A stretch of DNA of 64,000 nucleotides from an uncultured Planctomycetota bacterium (GTDB lineage: Bacteria; Planctomycetota; Planctomycetia; Isosphaerales; Isosphaeraceae), in the NCBI GenBank assembly GCA_963823665.1, contig CAWGMQ010000011.1, positions 512,001 through 576,000 on the forward strand. The letters run 5' to 3'. This document shows positions 54,186 to 64,000 of this stretch, piece after piece (the first letter of the stretch is position 1; the number at the start of each line of letters is the position of its first letter). The notes beneath the pieces are model-generated. The model was not told the DNA's origin, did not search any database, and saw nothing but the letters and a program-made list of their open reading frames with translations. Position numbers and translations under genes: made by a program.

Positions 54186-55364
54186 TTGGCCATGGCCAGG
54201 AAGTCGAGCCAAGAGCGAGTGCAGGCGACGCAAGACGGGCGATCCGAGCGAGCCGATTCCTTCGATATTGGCGACACGGTCGAGGTGCAATTTCGAGTCG
54301 TCGAGGGAGGGAACGAGCGGATCGAGATCTTCAATGGCGTCGTCGTCCAGCGGTCGGGGCATGGGTTGCACGAGATGTTCACGGTTCGCCGCATTGTTCA
54401 GGGCGAAGGTGTCGAGCGCCGGTTCAAATTGCATTCGCCATGGATCGCCGACGTCGCTGTGAAAAGGTCGGGCAAGGTGCGGCGCACCAGGCTCTATTAC
54501 CTCCGTGACAGGTCGGGGAAGGCCGTTCGGCTCAAGGAGCGCTTCTCCTACACAACCGGCGCTGACGCCAAAGCCGCCAAAGCCGAGCGCAGAGCCGCCC
54601 GAGCCGCCCGGAAAGCCAGCAAGGTAGAGGCCGAAGTAGCACCGTCAAGTAAAACGAAGCAGCCCAAGGAGGCGTCCCATCGAACGGCCAGTGCGAGCGA
54701 TGCCGGGCCGGCAGAGTCCGAAGGGACGGTCGCGGGATCGTCGATTGACGCCGTATTCGTCCCCGGTAAGTCGCCATACCGGCTAAAGCAGTCTATCGCG
54801 CTCACCGTGGTCGAAACCCGGTCAGGAGTGACCATCCGAAGCGCTGATCTGGGCCTCGAGCGCGACTTAGTCGGTCGTGGACCAGATTGGAACTCCGCGA
54901 TGAATGACTTCGGGCGCAGGTTCGACTTACTGGTCGAGAATAATTGGGCTCTACCGCCTCATAGCATGACACTCAAGAACCGTCGTATTGCCAGCATCCT
55001 CGACAGCGTCGTGGATTGGAAGCGCCACGACGACGAGAATCCTTTGGTGCAGCCCATGTGGGGCCGGCTCCAAGGGCGCCTTGCAGATGGGGCTTTGACC
55101 ATCCATTGGCTAATCGGTCCGAATGGGGATCGCGATGCCGAAGGCGGCCTGCACACGCGAGATGTTCCCGAGGCGCTCGCCGAGCTCGACACGGGCCAGT
55201 GGTTCTACGGCACGGCCAAGTGCTATCCGGATCACATTGAGTGGATCGAGCAGCCCAGCGTTGTTCCGGACCCGAGCGACTCTGAGGGCAGGCGTGCGGT
55301 CTGGGACAGCATGCGGAAGGTCCAGGCCAATCAGCCAGGCTGCTGGCCCGTGAAGCCGCGCTGA
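54186..55364 (+). CDS. ribosomal protein L19 domain fused to an unknown C-terminal region of about 200 aa
   Basis: FDIGDTVEV...EGGNERIEIFNGVV...FTVRRIVQGEGVERRF.LHSP...GKVRRTRLYYLRDRSGKAVRLKE matches bL19; the ORF stays open to 392 aa. Confidence 0.85.
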   Translation: MAMARKSSQERVQATQDGRSERADSFDIGDTVEVQFRVVEGGNERIEIFNGVVVQRSGHGLHEMFTVRRIVQGEGVERRFKLHSPWIADVAVKRSGKVRRTRLYYLRDRSGKAVRLKERFSYTTGADAKAAKAERRAARAARKASKVEAEVAPSSKTKQPKEASHRTASASDAGPAESEGTVAGSSIDAVFVPGKSPYRLKQSIALTVVETRSGVTIRSADLGLERDLVGRGPDWNSAMNDFGRRFDLLVENNWALPPHSMTLKNRRIASILDSVVDWKRHDDENPLVQPMWGRLQGRLADGALTIHWLIGPNGDRDAEGGLHTRDVPEALAELDTGQWFYGTAKCYPDHIEWIEQPSVVPDPSDSEGRRAVWDSMRKVQANQPGCWPVKPR

Positions 55365-55391
55365 TTCGGAGCGGGGAGCGGACGAGTAACC

Positions 55392-56435
55392 ATGGCGATC
55401 AGTTTGTATTGTCTGGATGTCGGCCAGGGCCAATGCATAGTGTTGATGGCCCAATCGGCCGAGGGAAACCAGGCCGCCTTGATCGATGTCGGCGTGGACG
55501 GGAAGCGGTTGGCCCGATGGCTGAAACGCATCAAAGTCCGGCGCATTCCGCTGGTTGTGTTGACGCACAATCATAGCGACCACATCAAGGGACTCGCTGC
55601 TCTGGTCGAGGAATTCGCATCGAAAGTCGGCGATATCCGATTCGTCATCGATCAGCCTCCAGAGCAACTTCCTTTCTGGTCGCCAATCCAGGCATGGCGT
55701 GCCGCCGGTAAGATCGGGTCGGCCAGCGTCGTCTATCCGCCGGACACGTTTGAGGCCGGGACGGGTCACCCCCTTCTCAGCCGCGACCTAGGGGGATTCC
55801 AGCTCTACTGCACCTATCCGACCATCTTCGAGGCCGAGGCAGTTGTCCGCGAAGCCCCGCTGCTGGGTACTCAGCCCGGCGGCAGCGTGAATGCCGTGAG
55901 CACGGTAGTGCGACTGGCCAGAACTGCTGAACCACACCGGACGATTGCCCTTTTTGGCGGCGATCTCACCTTTCGAGGATGGCAGCGCCTTGACGAGAAA
56001 GGTTACGACCTGTCCACCAACCTGCTTGTCGTCCCGCACCATGGCTCGAGTTTCGGTGCCAGCCGGGCGTTTGGGCCCCGACACCTAGCACGCCTCTCTG
56101 AGCCCAAATATGCCCTGTTCTCCGTCGGCACCGAGAATTCGTTTGGGCACCCCCGCAGGGATGTCGTTCGCGCTTTTTGCGAAGTGCGGGCGACGGTGCT
56201 CTGCACTCAAATCACGCATCAGTGCGTGCGCAGGCCCAAGCAACTCCCCGGTCAAACTGTGCGGACAGCCACGCCGGGGGAGCCTGACCTGGTTTCGATC
56301 GGAGTGCGCTGCGCAGGCACAATCATGATCGAAATCCCCGACGTGGGTTCGCCAAGAGTGGTTGGTCTTCGGGAACATCGGAGAGCGGTCGACCGCCTGC
56401 CTCGAACCGCGGACTGCCCGATGTGTCGCCCTTGA
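55392..56435 (+). CDS. ComEC/Rec2-type metallo-beta-lactamase-fold hydrolase
   Basis: LDVGQGQC, LIDVG, THNHSDH, FGGD, VPHHGS, NSFGHP. Confidence 0.88.
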   Translation: MAISLYCLDVGQGQCIVLMAQSAEGNQAALIDVGVDGKRLARWLKRIKVRRIPLVVLTHNHSDHIKGLAALVEEFASKVGDIRFVIDQPPEQLPFWSPIQAWRAAGKIGSASVVYPPDTFEAGTGHPLLSRDLGGFQLYCTYPTIFEAEAVVREAPLLGTQPGGSVNAVSTVVRLARTAEPHRTIALFGGDLTFRGWQRLDEKGYDLSTNLLVVPHHGSSFGASRAFGPRHLARLSEPKYALFSVGTENSFGHPRRDVVRAFCEVRATVLCTQITHQCVRRPKQLPGQTVRTATPGEPDLVSIGVRCAGTIMIEIPDVGSPRVVGLREHRRAVDRLPRTADCPMCRP

Positions 56436-56473
56436 GTTCCCCCAGATTGGTGACTCGCAATCCGCGTCCGTCG

Positions 56474-56737
56474 GGACAACCGTCCGAGGAGGAGGAGCCA
56501 GGGGGAGCCAGACACCCAATCTCTGGACAACCGTCCGAGGAGCCGAGGAGCCAGAGGAGCCAGACACCCAATCTCTGGTTCCGAGGAGAAGCCAGGGAAT
56601 CCAGGCACCCATCCTTTTCTCACGGTCTTCCATATCCATTCATTCGCAGCTCGCACGTTCGGCGCAAAACCACGGCCTCTGGTCACTTCGAACACCCATA
56701 ACGCGAGTGTCCGACGCTCCGCAAGAGGTGGGTGTCT
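56474..56737 (+). repeat. REP-like element copy with a stuttered left end and no complete intron
   Basis: Duplicated GGACAACCGTCCGAGGAG and GAGCCAGACACCCAATCTCTGG units, then the core, ending GGTGGGTGTCT followed by GTGCG. Confidence 0.9.
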
Positions 56738-56833
56738 GTGCGTCGTTGGCTCGGTGTCACCGCGTTTGCGCCTGAATCTCTCGCCTGAATCGGCTCCTGA
56801 GCCCTGTGTCAAACAATTCCGGCCCCGGCAAAC

Positions 56834-58613
56834 TCACGAGCCGTCGAAGAGGTCGCTATAGGCGGTCGTGGCCTTGTTGCCTTTGATACTGGTGGCCACG
56901 AGGCTCAGGGCGTGGTCAAAGGCGTAAATCCCGCCGCCCTGTCCCAGCACAGTGCCATCGGCCTTGTTGCCGATGACCGCGCAGACATCCAGGCTCATTG
57001 TGCTAGCGACGGAATAGATGCCACCGCCGTAGGCAGTCGAGCCGTCAGTCTGGTTGGCGTAGACGATGCAGAACCTGAGCGACAGGTCGCTGTTCGCGCA
57101 GTCGATCCCGCCGCCTGAGGCGATGCCGGTTGACTTGACCTGGTTGGAGTTGATCGTGGAGCCGAAGATCGTCGCGCTGCCGCCGGTCGTGCTGATACCG
57201 CCTCCCGCGGACGACGCCTGGTTCCCGCTCACGTCGCTGGACGCGACGGTGAGCGTACCGGTATTGGCAATGCCGCCGCCGACCGTCGCGGAATTGTCGT
57301 CAATGTTCGTGCCCGTCACGTTGGTCGCGCCGTAAACGGTGTTGTCAAGTCCGCCGCCACCACCGCTGGCCGAGTTGCCGCTGACGATGCAGTCGACCAG
57401 GTTGGTCGTGCCGCTCAAGTTGTAACCGGGAAGACCGCAGGTATACGCCCCGCCGCCGCCCCCGGCCGAATTGCCACTGATCCTGGTGTTGATCGCCGTG
57501 GTCGTGCCAAAGGTCGTGACCAGGCCGCCGCCATCGGTCGCGGCAGAGTTATTGCTAACGGTGCAGTTGTTCAAGATCGTCAACCCTTTCTGCGTCTGAT
57601 CGCCGCCGAAAAGACTGAACGTGCCCTGCGTGGCCACGCCGGCGCCGTTGCCGGCGGAGTTGCCGGTGATGGCGCAGCCAGTCAGCGTGAGGGTGCCCAC
57701 CTTGCCACCACCATAAAGCGTCGTGCCGCAGAACGCTCCGCCCCCTTCGCCGTTGGCCGAGTTGCCGCTGACGGTGCAGTTGATCAGCGTCGTCGTGGCA
57801 TAGTTAGCCACGCCGCCGCCGAAGCCAAGAGAACCGGTGGCTTGATTGCCGCTGATGGTGCATTTGGCCAGGATGGTGACAGCCGTGGAGTTTTCGAAGC
57901 CGCCGGTGTACACCCCGCCGCCGAATGCGTATGCGGAGTTGCCGCTGACGGTGCAATCGGCCAGCGTGGCCTTGCCGCCATTGTAGATCCCGCCGCCGGA
58001 ATAGGCGGAATTCCCGCTCAAGTTGCAACCGGTCATGGTCAGCGTGGCATCGGGGGCATAGGAGTAATTGCCGTTGGCGACGCCCCCGCCGCCTGGGCTG
58101 AAGCTAAAGCCGCCGGTGGAATTGCCGGTGACGGTGCAGTCGGTCATTGTCGCCGTGCCGAGGTTGAGCACGCCGCCGCCCACGCCACTCGAGTCTCGCA
58201 TTGCCGTCGCTGATCGTCAGTCGTGAGAGGGACGCCGTGACCAGCTCATCGATCTGGAACACGCGGCTGAGGCCGCCGCCGCTGATCGTCACGCCACCCG
58301 CTGGGCCTCGGATCGTCACCGCCTCGTTCGGTGTGCTCAGCTCGAGCTGGGTGCCGGAGAGAGTGATCGTCTGCGGCTTGTCGAAGACGGTGCCGTCGAA
58401 ATCGATCGTGCTCGCCCCCCCGGCCGCATTCGCCAGGCCGATCGCCTGGCGCAGATCGATTTCGCCGATCACGGGCGTATCGGTCGGGTTGTTCACGGTA
58501 AACGTGGACAGCAAGCGCCGGTCCTCGAGCGCGAGCAACGTCGGACGCGCCCGCCGGCCCTCGACTGTTCCCCGCCCGCGATTTCGCTCATCTCTGGCAC
58601 TGTCGTAGCGCAT
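56834..58613 (-). CDS. extracellular right-handed beta-helix repeat protein; frameshift near 58200
   Basis: LEDRRLLS leader, LRQAIGLAN, SRVFQI, then many CTVSGNSA...GGG repeats in the second frame. Confidence 0.85.
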
Positions 58614-59112
58614 CGTGCTCTCCTGGGGTGTTGAACTTTTGTGATGAACAACCTCTCTTACGCCCTGCACGAGTGCCTCGAATCCCTCGCGTCCCCATGG
58701 CGCAGGGGTCCACACATCCGGCGCCTGCCGGTCATCCCAGCGAATGGCGCCGGCTGCGAGCGCGGTGCCGCTGTCGATGGATCGGGGCGTTCGCGCAGGG
58801 ATCGGGCTCAAAGGCCCTGACCGGGTGAAAACGCTCGACCAAACCCGAAAACTCAGGGAAGCGCCTGCCGCGTGTCCGGCGCGGCGATGAATAGAGACCT
58901 TCGCGATTTCGAATTAACGGACAGGGTTTCCGGGAAAATTCCAGATTTTCCCCGTCGGTCGTTTCGAGCAGGGTGCCGGGGCCGCACCCGGCGTGCAACT
59001 CCTGGCGCTACCGACGCGGTACCGTGCGATCCCCTTACTCATACTCCTGCTCCTGCTCTCACTTCCGCTTTCTCCATCAATCATCCAACCCGGTTCGCAC
59101 AGACGAAGTGCC

Positions 59113-59326
59113 AGGAGGAGCCAGACGCCCAATCTCTGGTTCCCAGGAGGAGCCGGGGAATCCAGACACCCATCGTTTTATCAGGGAATCCAGACACCCA
59201 TCGTTTTATCACGGTCCCCCCCATCCATTCACTCGCGGCTCGCAAGTTCGGTGCAAAACCACGGCCGCCGGTCATTTCGAACACGCAGAAGGCGAGTGCC
59301 CGACGCTCGGCAAAAGGTGGGTGTCT
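59113..59326 (+). repeat. REP-like element copy (5' exon of intron D)
   Basis: Duplicated GGGAATCCAGACACCCATCGTTTTATCA, then the core and GGTGGGTGTCT. Confidence 0.9.
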
Positions 59327-60059
59327 TTGCGTCAGGAAAAGCTCGAGAAAGGAGGAAGTGCCTCGAAACACAGAAACCTTTCATCGCAACCCTGCGGGTT
59401 AACGAATCCCGCCCGGCAGAGCCTGGCCGGCAGCCGGAAGCAAGTCTTGCGTGGGGAGGGGTGACCCTCACTGCGAAGCGTAGACAGCGAGTCCACATGC
59501 CATGCTATCGAGCCCCGAAATACTCATCGTGGGAGCCTCCGTTGTAGACACAAGCGGGGGCCGCGTCGACACGCCGCAATGGCCTGGCGTGTTCGGTCCT
59601 GCCGGGGTCCAAGAACATGGCGCAGGGACGCGAGGGTTGCTCGGGATCCTGAGAGCCCCATCCGTCTCCACTGACATTTCCGGCTCGGGAACCGGAATAC
59701 CAACTCCCCGGCCCACGACCCCGCGTCGGGTCGCTGGGAGCGAACAAGACGCAAGGGTGGTATCGCAACATGAAGGCAACGAAATGTGACGAAAGGGGCG
59801 GATGGGAGTCGGAGTGCTCCGTAGTAGCAGTGAAGCGGGGGAATGGGCCCTCCCAGACCCTGTGGAGCGAAGGGGGCACCGTGTCGTGGACTGGACGCCG
59901 GAACCACGCCGAGGGCATTGGACCTCAAAGCGTGTGACCGTAAGGCAGCCAGATCGTGAGAGGGACAGCGACGCCGCGACATGACGAGCCGGATGCCTTA
60001 ATTGGGCACGTCCGGATCAGTGGGAGCCCTGGCGGAGCGATCCGCCAGGGCGACCCGGC
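59327..60059 (+). mobile_element. ORF-less group II intron, copy D (733 nt)
   Basis: Same boundaries, DV and DVI as copy A, with several substitutions. Confidence 0.93.
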
Positions 60060-60441
60060 GACATCCCCGCGTGAAATTTATGCCGATAGCGGCATAACTT
60101 TCATAATGCCGCCTTCCGGATTACGCCGACTGGGGTTCGCATGGTGATGCGACCTCCGGCGCATCGCGCGGGTCCTTCACGGCCTTGAGATATGGTGCCA
60201 TCCACGGGATTGTGAATGATGCAAAGAGCGTCGCGGAACGCTATCATTCGGAGGATGGACCGTGCTGGAACTTTGACCATCAATCGGTCACTCAGAGGAC
60301 GCTCGTGCGGCTGTCCAATGTGTAAAGGGTGAATATCCCCCTCGCATCAACGACATCCGAGACGAGGGTTAAGGACTTACGTCACACTTCCAATGTAAGG
60401 CCTGATCCAGAAACGAGAATTCACGGACGGAGCGGCTCGCA

Positions 60442-61041
60442 ATGCGCATGAAGTCTTCTCGCAAACTCACCGTGTTGGACGCCATGATTCTCGTCGGAGC
60501 AACAGCATCCGCGCTTGCGGTGATGCGTAGTCAATGGCCGACCGACTTAGGGATTCAGGACACATACACGGATTCAACCCACGCTTTGAGGTTGTCAAAC
60601 TTATTAATGATCATAAGGCATCACGTGTATTTTGCATCTTACATGATCGCGATGTGGACCTTGTCCTGCTTGATCCTCCGACTACGCCAGCCACGACCTG
60701 CTCTCCGCTTGCTGACCCGCGAGCCCGGGATGGTAGCCTGCATTGCGGCAGTGATCGTCATGGCCATCAGGATGATCAACTTTGGCAGTTTGATGAGTGT
60801 GCTCTCAATTGACGGCGTGAATTCCGTAGCTGGACTAACCGTGCTGGATCTCTTTCCTGATCACTTCATCAATATTCCCTCGGAAATCGGTTGTGCGGTG
60901 ACGGCGGCATGGATTATCCAGGCGATCAGCGGTCGATGGCGCTGCGAACCAAACTGGATCGACCGCGCGGGTCGTAGTATCGGAGCTTTCTGGATCGCAA
61001 CCATTCCGTTCGCCTGGTTTTCAGTTCACTGGTCCGGATGA
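60442..61041 (+). CDS. hypothetical membrane protein
   Basis: KLTVLDAMILV leader, RWRCEPNWIDRAGR near the end. Confidence 0.7.
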   Translation: MRMKSSRKLTVLDAMILVGATASALAVMRSQWPTDLGIQDTYTDSTHALRLSNLLMIIRHHVYFASYMIAMWTLSCLILRLRQPRPALRLLTREPGMVACIAAVIVMAIRMINFGSLMSVLSIDGVNSVAGLTVLDLFPDHFINIPSEIGCAVTAAWIIQAISGRWRCEPNWIDRAGRSIGAFWIATIPFAWFSVHWSG

Positions 61042-61097
61042 AAAAGGCGTGCGATGATGCACCCATTAGCGGCTCGTGAACCCGTTGTCGGCGACTT

Positions 61098-61649
61098 TTA
61101 TGCGTGTTCGGACCGGCCGTCTTCCGCGGCGGTGAGTCGGCCCAAGACCATTCCGATCAAGCCGAACATGATGGCCGCTAAACAATGGCCGATTCGGCGG
61201 AACTGGAAGGCGTCAGGAGGGGACACAAGGGGCCCTGGAACCAGCCCTCCGCCCATCCCCCCGCCCATGCCCTTCATCGTGAACCGCGGAAACAGCTCCT
61301 CTCCTGGTGAACCGGTGTCCATCCGACCGACAGACCAGAGTTTGGAATCCCAGTAGTCGAGCCCCCACCGGGTCACGTAGGGCGGTGCCGTCACCCCATT
61401 GACGGTCGCCCACGGTCCGAACGTCGTCCCGAGGTAGATCCATCCGAAGAGGGCGAAGCCGGCCCAGGTCATCCGGGCTCGCCCCCGGCGTGCCATTGCC
61501 CCAAGGATTGCCGCCGAGAGGACCGCTACGGTGAGCGTGAAGACCGCACTAGCCCAGAGGAGCGAGGCCGACCGTATCGCGGCGAATCCGAGCCCGATGA
61601 AGAACACGGTGGCCATCAACTGGGCGAGGGTGAAGCGGAGGCGCGTCAT
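61098..61649 (-). CDS. hypothetical membrane protein
   Basis: RFTLAQLM leader, WAGFALFGWIYL, FRRIGHCL. Confidence 0.75.
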   Translation of the reverse strand: MTRLRFTLAQLMATVFFIGLGFAAIRSASLLWASAVFTLTVAVLSAAILGAMARRGRARMTWAGFALFGWIYLGTTFGPWATVNGVTAPPYVTRWGLDYWDSKLWSVGRMDTGSPGEELFPRFTMKGMGGGMGGGLVPGPLVSPPDAFQFRRIGHCLAAIMFGLIGMVLGRLTAAEDGRSEHA

Positions 61650-61950
61650 GGGCTCTCTCCCGGAACGAGGGGCGAGGTCAAGGCACCCGGCAATCCCGAA
61701 TCTACGCGACGCCGCAGCTTCTTTCTAGCGAGTGACGTCGGAGGTTGGCGGCCCTTATTCCAGTTTCCTGTTCGTTTGCTATCCTCGGCTACACATTAAG
61801 GGTCAAGTCGCGGGGCGAGACTTACCAGTTCAGGCTGCTATCGACCTCGCGTTGGTGGTGGGGGTGGTGGGACCTGGACCGTTTTTGGTTCGCCGATACA
61901 GCACTTCCCCTGAGAAGGGAGCTCGTAAACCCGGACTGGCGAGGGTCCAA

Positions 61951-62035
61951 GGGGATTCCAGACGCCCACCCTATTGTCATGGTCCCCCGCATCCATTCAT
62001 TCGCGACTCGCGCACTCGGCAAACGGTGGGTGTCT
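61951..62035 (+). repeat. internally deleted REP-like element copy (5' exon of intron E)
   Basis: Both ends retained; about 60 bp of the core is missing. Confidence 0.85.
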
Positions 62036-62767
62036 TTGCGTCAGGAAAGCTCGAGAAAGGAGGAAGTGCCTCGAAACACAGAAACCTTTCATCGCGACCC
62101 TGCGGGTTAACGAATCCCGCCCGGCAGAGCCTGGCCGGCAGCCGGAAGCAAGTCTTGCGTGGGGAGGGGTGACCCTCACTGCGAAGCGTAGACAGCGAGT
62201 CTCCATGCCATGCTATCGAGCCCCGAAATACTCATCGTGGGAGCCTCCGTTGTAGACACAAGCGGGGGCCGTGTCGACACGCCGCAATGGCCTGGCGTGT
62301 TCGGTCCTGCCGGGGTCCAAGAACATGGCGCAGGGACGCGAGGGTTGCTCGGGAACCTGAGAGCCCCATCCGTCTCCACTGACATTTCCGGCTCGGGAAC
62401 CGGAATACCAACTCCCCGGCCCACGACCCCGCGTCGGGTCGCTGGGAGCGAACAAGACGCAAGGGTGGTATCGCCAAACGAAGGCAACGAAGTGCGGCGA
62501 AATGGGCGGACGGGAGTCGGAGTGCTCCGTAGTAGCAGTGAAGCGGGGGAATGGGCCCTCCCAGACCCTGTGGAGCGAAGGGGGTACCGTGTCGCGGACT
62601 GGAAGCCGGAACCACGCCGAGGGCATTGGACCTCAGAGCGCGTCACCGCGAGGCGACCAGATCGTGTGAGGGACAGCGACGCCGCGACATGACGAGCCGG
62701 ATGCCTTAATTGGGCACGTCCGGATCAGTGGGAGCCCTGGCGGAGCGATCCGCCAGGGCGACCCGGC
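62036..62767 (+). mobile_element. ORF-less group II intron, copy E (732 nt)
   Basis: Appears identical to copy B; ends ACCCGGC before GACATCCCC. Confidence 0.93.
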
Positions 62768-62776
62768 GACATCCCC

Positions 62777-63121
62777 TTCAGCGACCTTGCCGAGCAGGTA
62801 GCCAAGCTCGTCCCCGTCAAGCCCGGCGACCTCGGCAATCCCGTGGATATTCCGGATCAGGTCCGCTTCAGCGCCGATGACGACCGTGTGTGTTACCTCA
62901 CTCCTCGGCCGGGCGAGAACGAAGCGGTCCCATGAGATGAACAGTTCCTCGATCTTGGGTGTCGTCCAGTCCTCGTCGAGTAGAGCGGCCAGGAGCGCAG
63001 TGAACATTACGCCGGTCTCGATCGGCTTGAGTTTCCGGGCGCAGTCGGCGCGGATCTGGGCGGGGTGTTCGTACGACGACGTGAAGCGGATCATCAAGAT
63101 CCTCGCCACGTGGGGTGCCAA
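62777..63121 (-). pseudogene. hypothetical gene whose 3' end runs into the repeat/intron junction
   Basis: ...DELGYLLGKVAE reads into GGGGATGTC with no stop. Confidence 0.5.
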
Positions 63122-63344
63122 GATCAGCGGCGAACAGTTCCGGGAGCAAACCTCTGCCTATCTTAAGAAACGACCCGCCAGGTGAATCGCGCAATCGGTC
63201 TCCGCACTCGAACGAAATCATCGGCCGCTGTCGCCCGCGGTTCAAAGGCGTGCGTTCTGCCCAGAAGAACGCACATGACTGTAGATCGGCCGGGATCACC
63301 GTCTCAATACGGATTTTGGCTCTTCTGCACGTCCCGATTCACCT

Positions 63345-63893
63345 CTAAAGGTCATCGACGAGTTTTGGCAAATTGCGGAGCCAAACTAAAGGATTGAACG
63401 TTTCCTCGAACGCCCAACCCGCGAAGCTGCATTGCGCAACGAACGTCTCACGAGCAGTATTTCCTGATTTCCAGTGGCGGCCAGGAATGGCTTCCAGCGA
63501 TTCAAACTCGGTCAACACGGCATCGCAACTTATTTTGTTCATCGGCTTTTCACCCAATCGCCACCAGTTGGTGAGTCGGTCAGGGCGAGCTTGATAAAAA
63601 TCCCGCACCTCAGCGCCTTGCGGTGGGGAACTCACCTTGTCCTGCGAAACTAAACGGGCGACTACAGCCTCGACCCTTGGTGATCGATCCGGATGATGGA
63701 AAATCACGCATACGGAGTTACCAGCGCGCAAAAAACCAGTGCCAGCGTGGTGAGTCGCGAACCAAGCGGCTGAATTCGGATCGCGGCGGCACTGTTTCAC
63801 GATGTTTCGTAGTTCCGTGGCAGGGTGAGGCCCGCCATTCATCGACAGCTTTGTTAGAACATGTGAATAATGTTTAACTGAAGTCGCGGCCAT
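63345..63893 (-). CDS. hypothetical protein (lower GC)
   Basis: 182-aa ORF with CAGGAG upstream of the ATG. Confidence 0.6.
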   Translation of the reverse strand: MAATSVKHYSHVLTKLSMNGGPHPATELRNIVKQCRRDPNSAAWFATHHAGTGFLRAGNSVCVIFHHPDRSPRVEAVVARLVSQDKVSSPPQGAEVRDFYQARPDRLTNWWRLGEKPMNKISCDAVLTEFESLEAIPGRHWKSGNTARETFVAQCSFAGWAFEETFNPLVWLRNLPKLVDDL

Positions 63894-64000
63894 AAACTGT
63901 TACTCTCCTGGAGTTTTGCTGATTGCGTGAGACAACTTCCGGGATGGCGCACCGGCGAGCCCGCCACGGTCATCTTGACCGACGACGATGTCCCGGGATT

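Noticed and set aside
39301..62776. Classical integron or class C-attC introns
   Set aside because: No RYYYAAC...GTTRRRY attC structure recognised, no integrase gene, cargo in mixed orientation, and DV is of the AGC-triad type rather than the class C CGC type.

Overview
High-GC bacterial DNA. Gene content and protein style (WD40 Ser/Thr kinase, dockerin and beta-helix proteins with the LEDR motif, RFS/RFT-type membrane leaders) suggest a Planctomycete; this is an inference. Bases ~1-30,300 are mostly housekeeping and envelope genes (nth, metF, queG, truD, an RluA-family gene, GT-C-type glycosyltransferases, desaturases), a small TIR operon, and a CAT-anticodon tRNA split by a 381-nt group I intron. 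Bases ~30,300-64,000 are an accessory patchwork. From 39.3 kb on, it is punctuated by eight same-orientation copies (one only a terminal site) of a REP-like repeat ending in GGTGGGTGTCT^GACATCCC. Five of these sites hold a group II intron at the same nucleotide. Four are 732-733-nt ORF-less introns. The fifth is an RT-encoding relative, itself interrupted in domain VI by a second RT-HNH group II intron (a twintron). Cargo between repeats includes a VapC toxin-antitoxin pair, a ribosomal protein L19 fusion next to a ComEC-type metallo-beta-lactamase gene, and several genes cut off at the repeat boundaries. Several single-base frameshifts, many in homopolymer runs, may be assembly errors. All calls are by eye; no searches were run.
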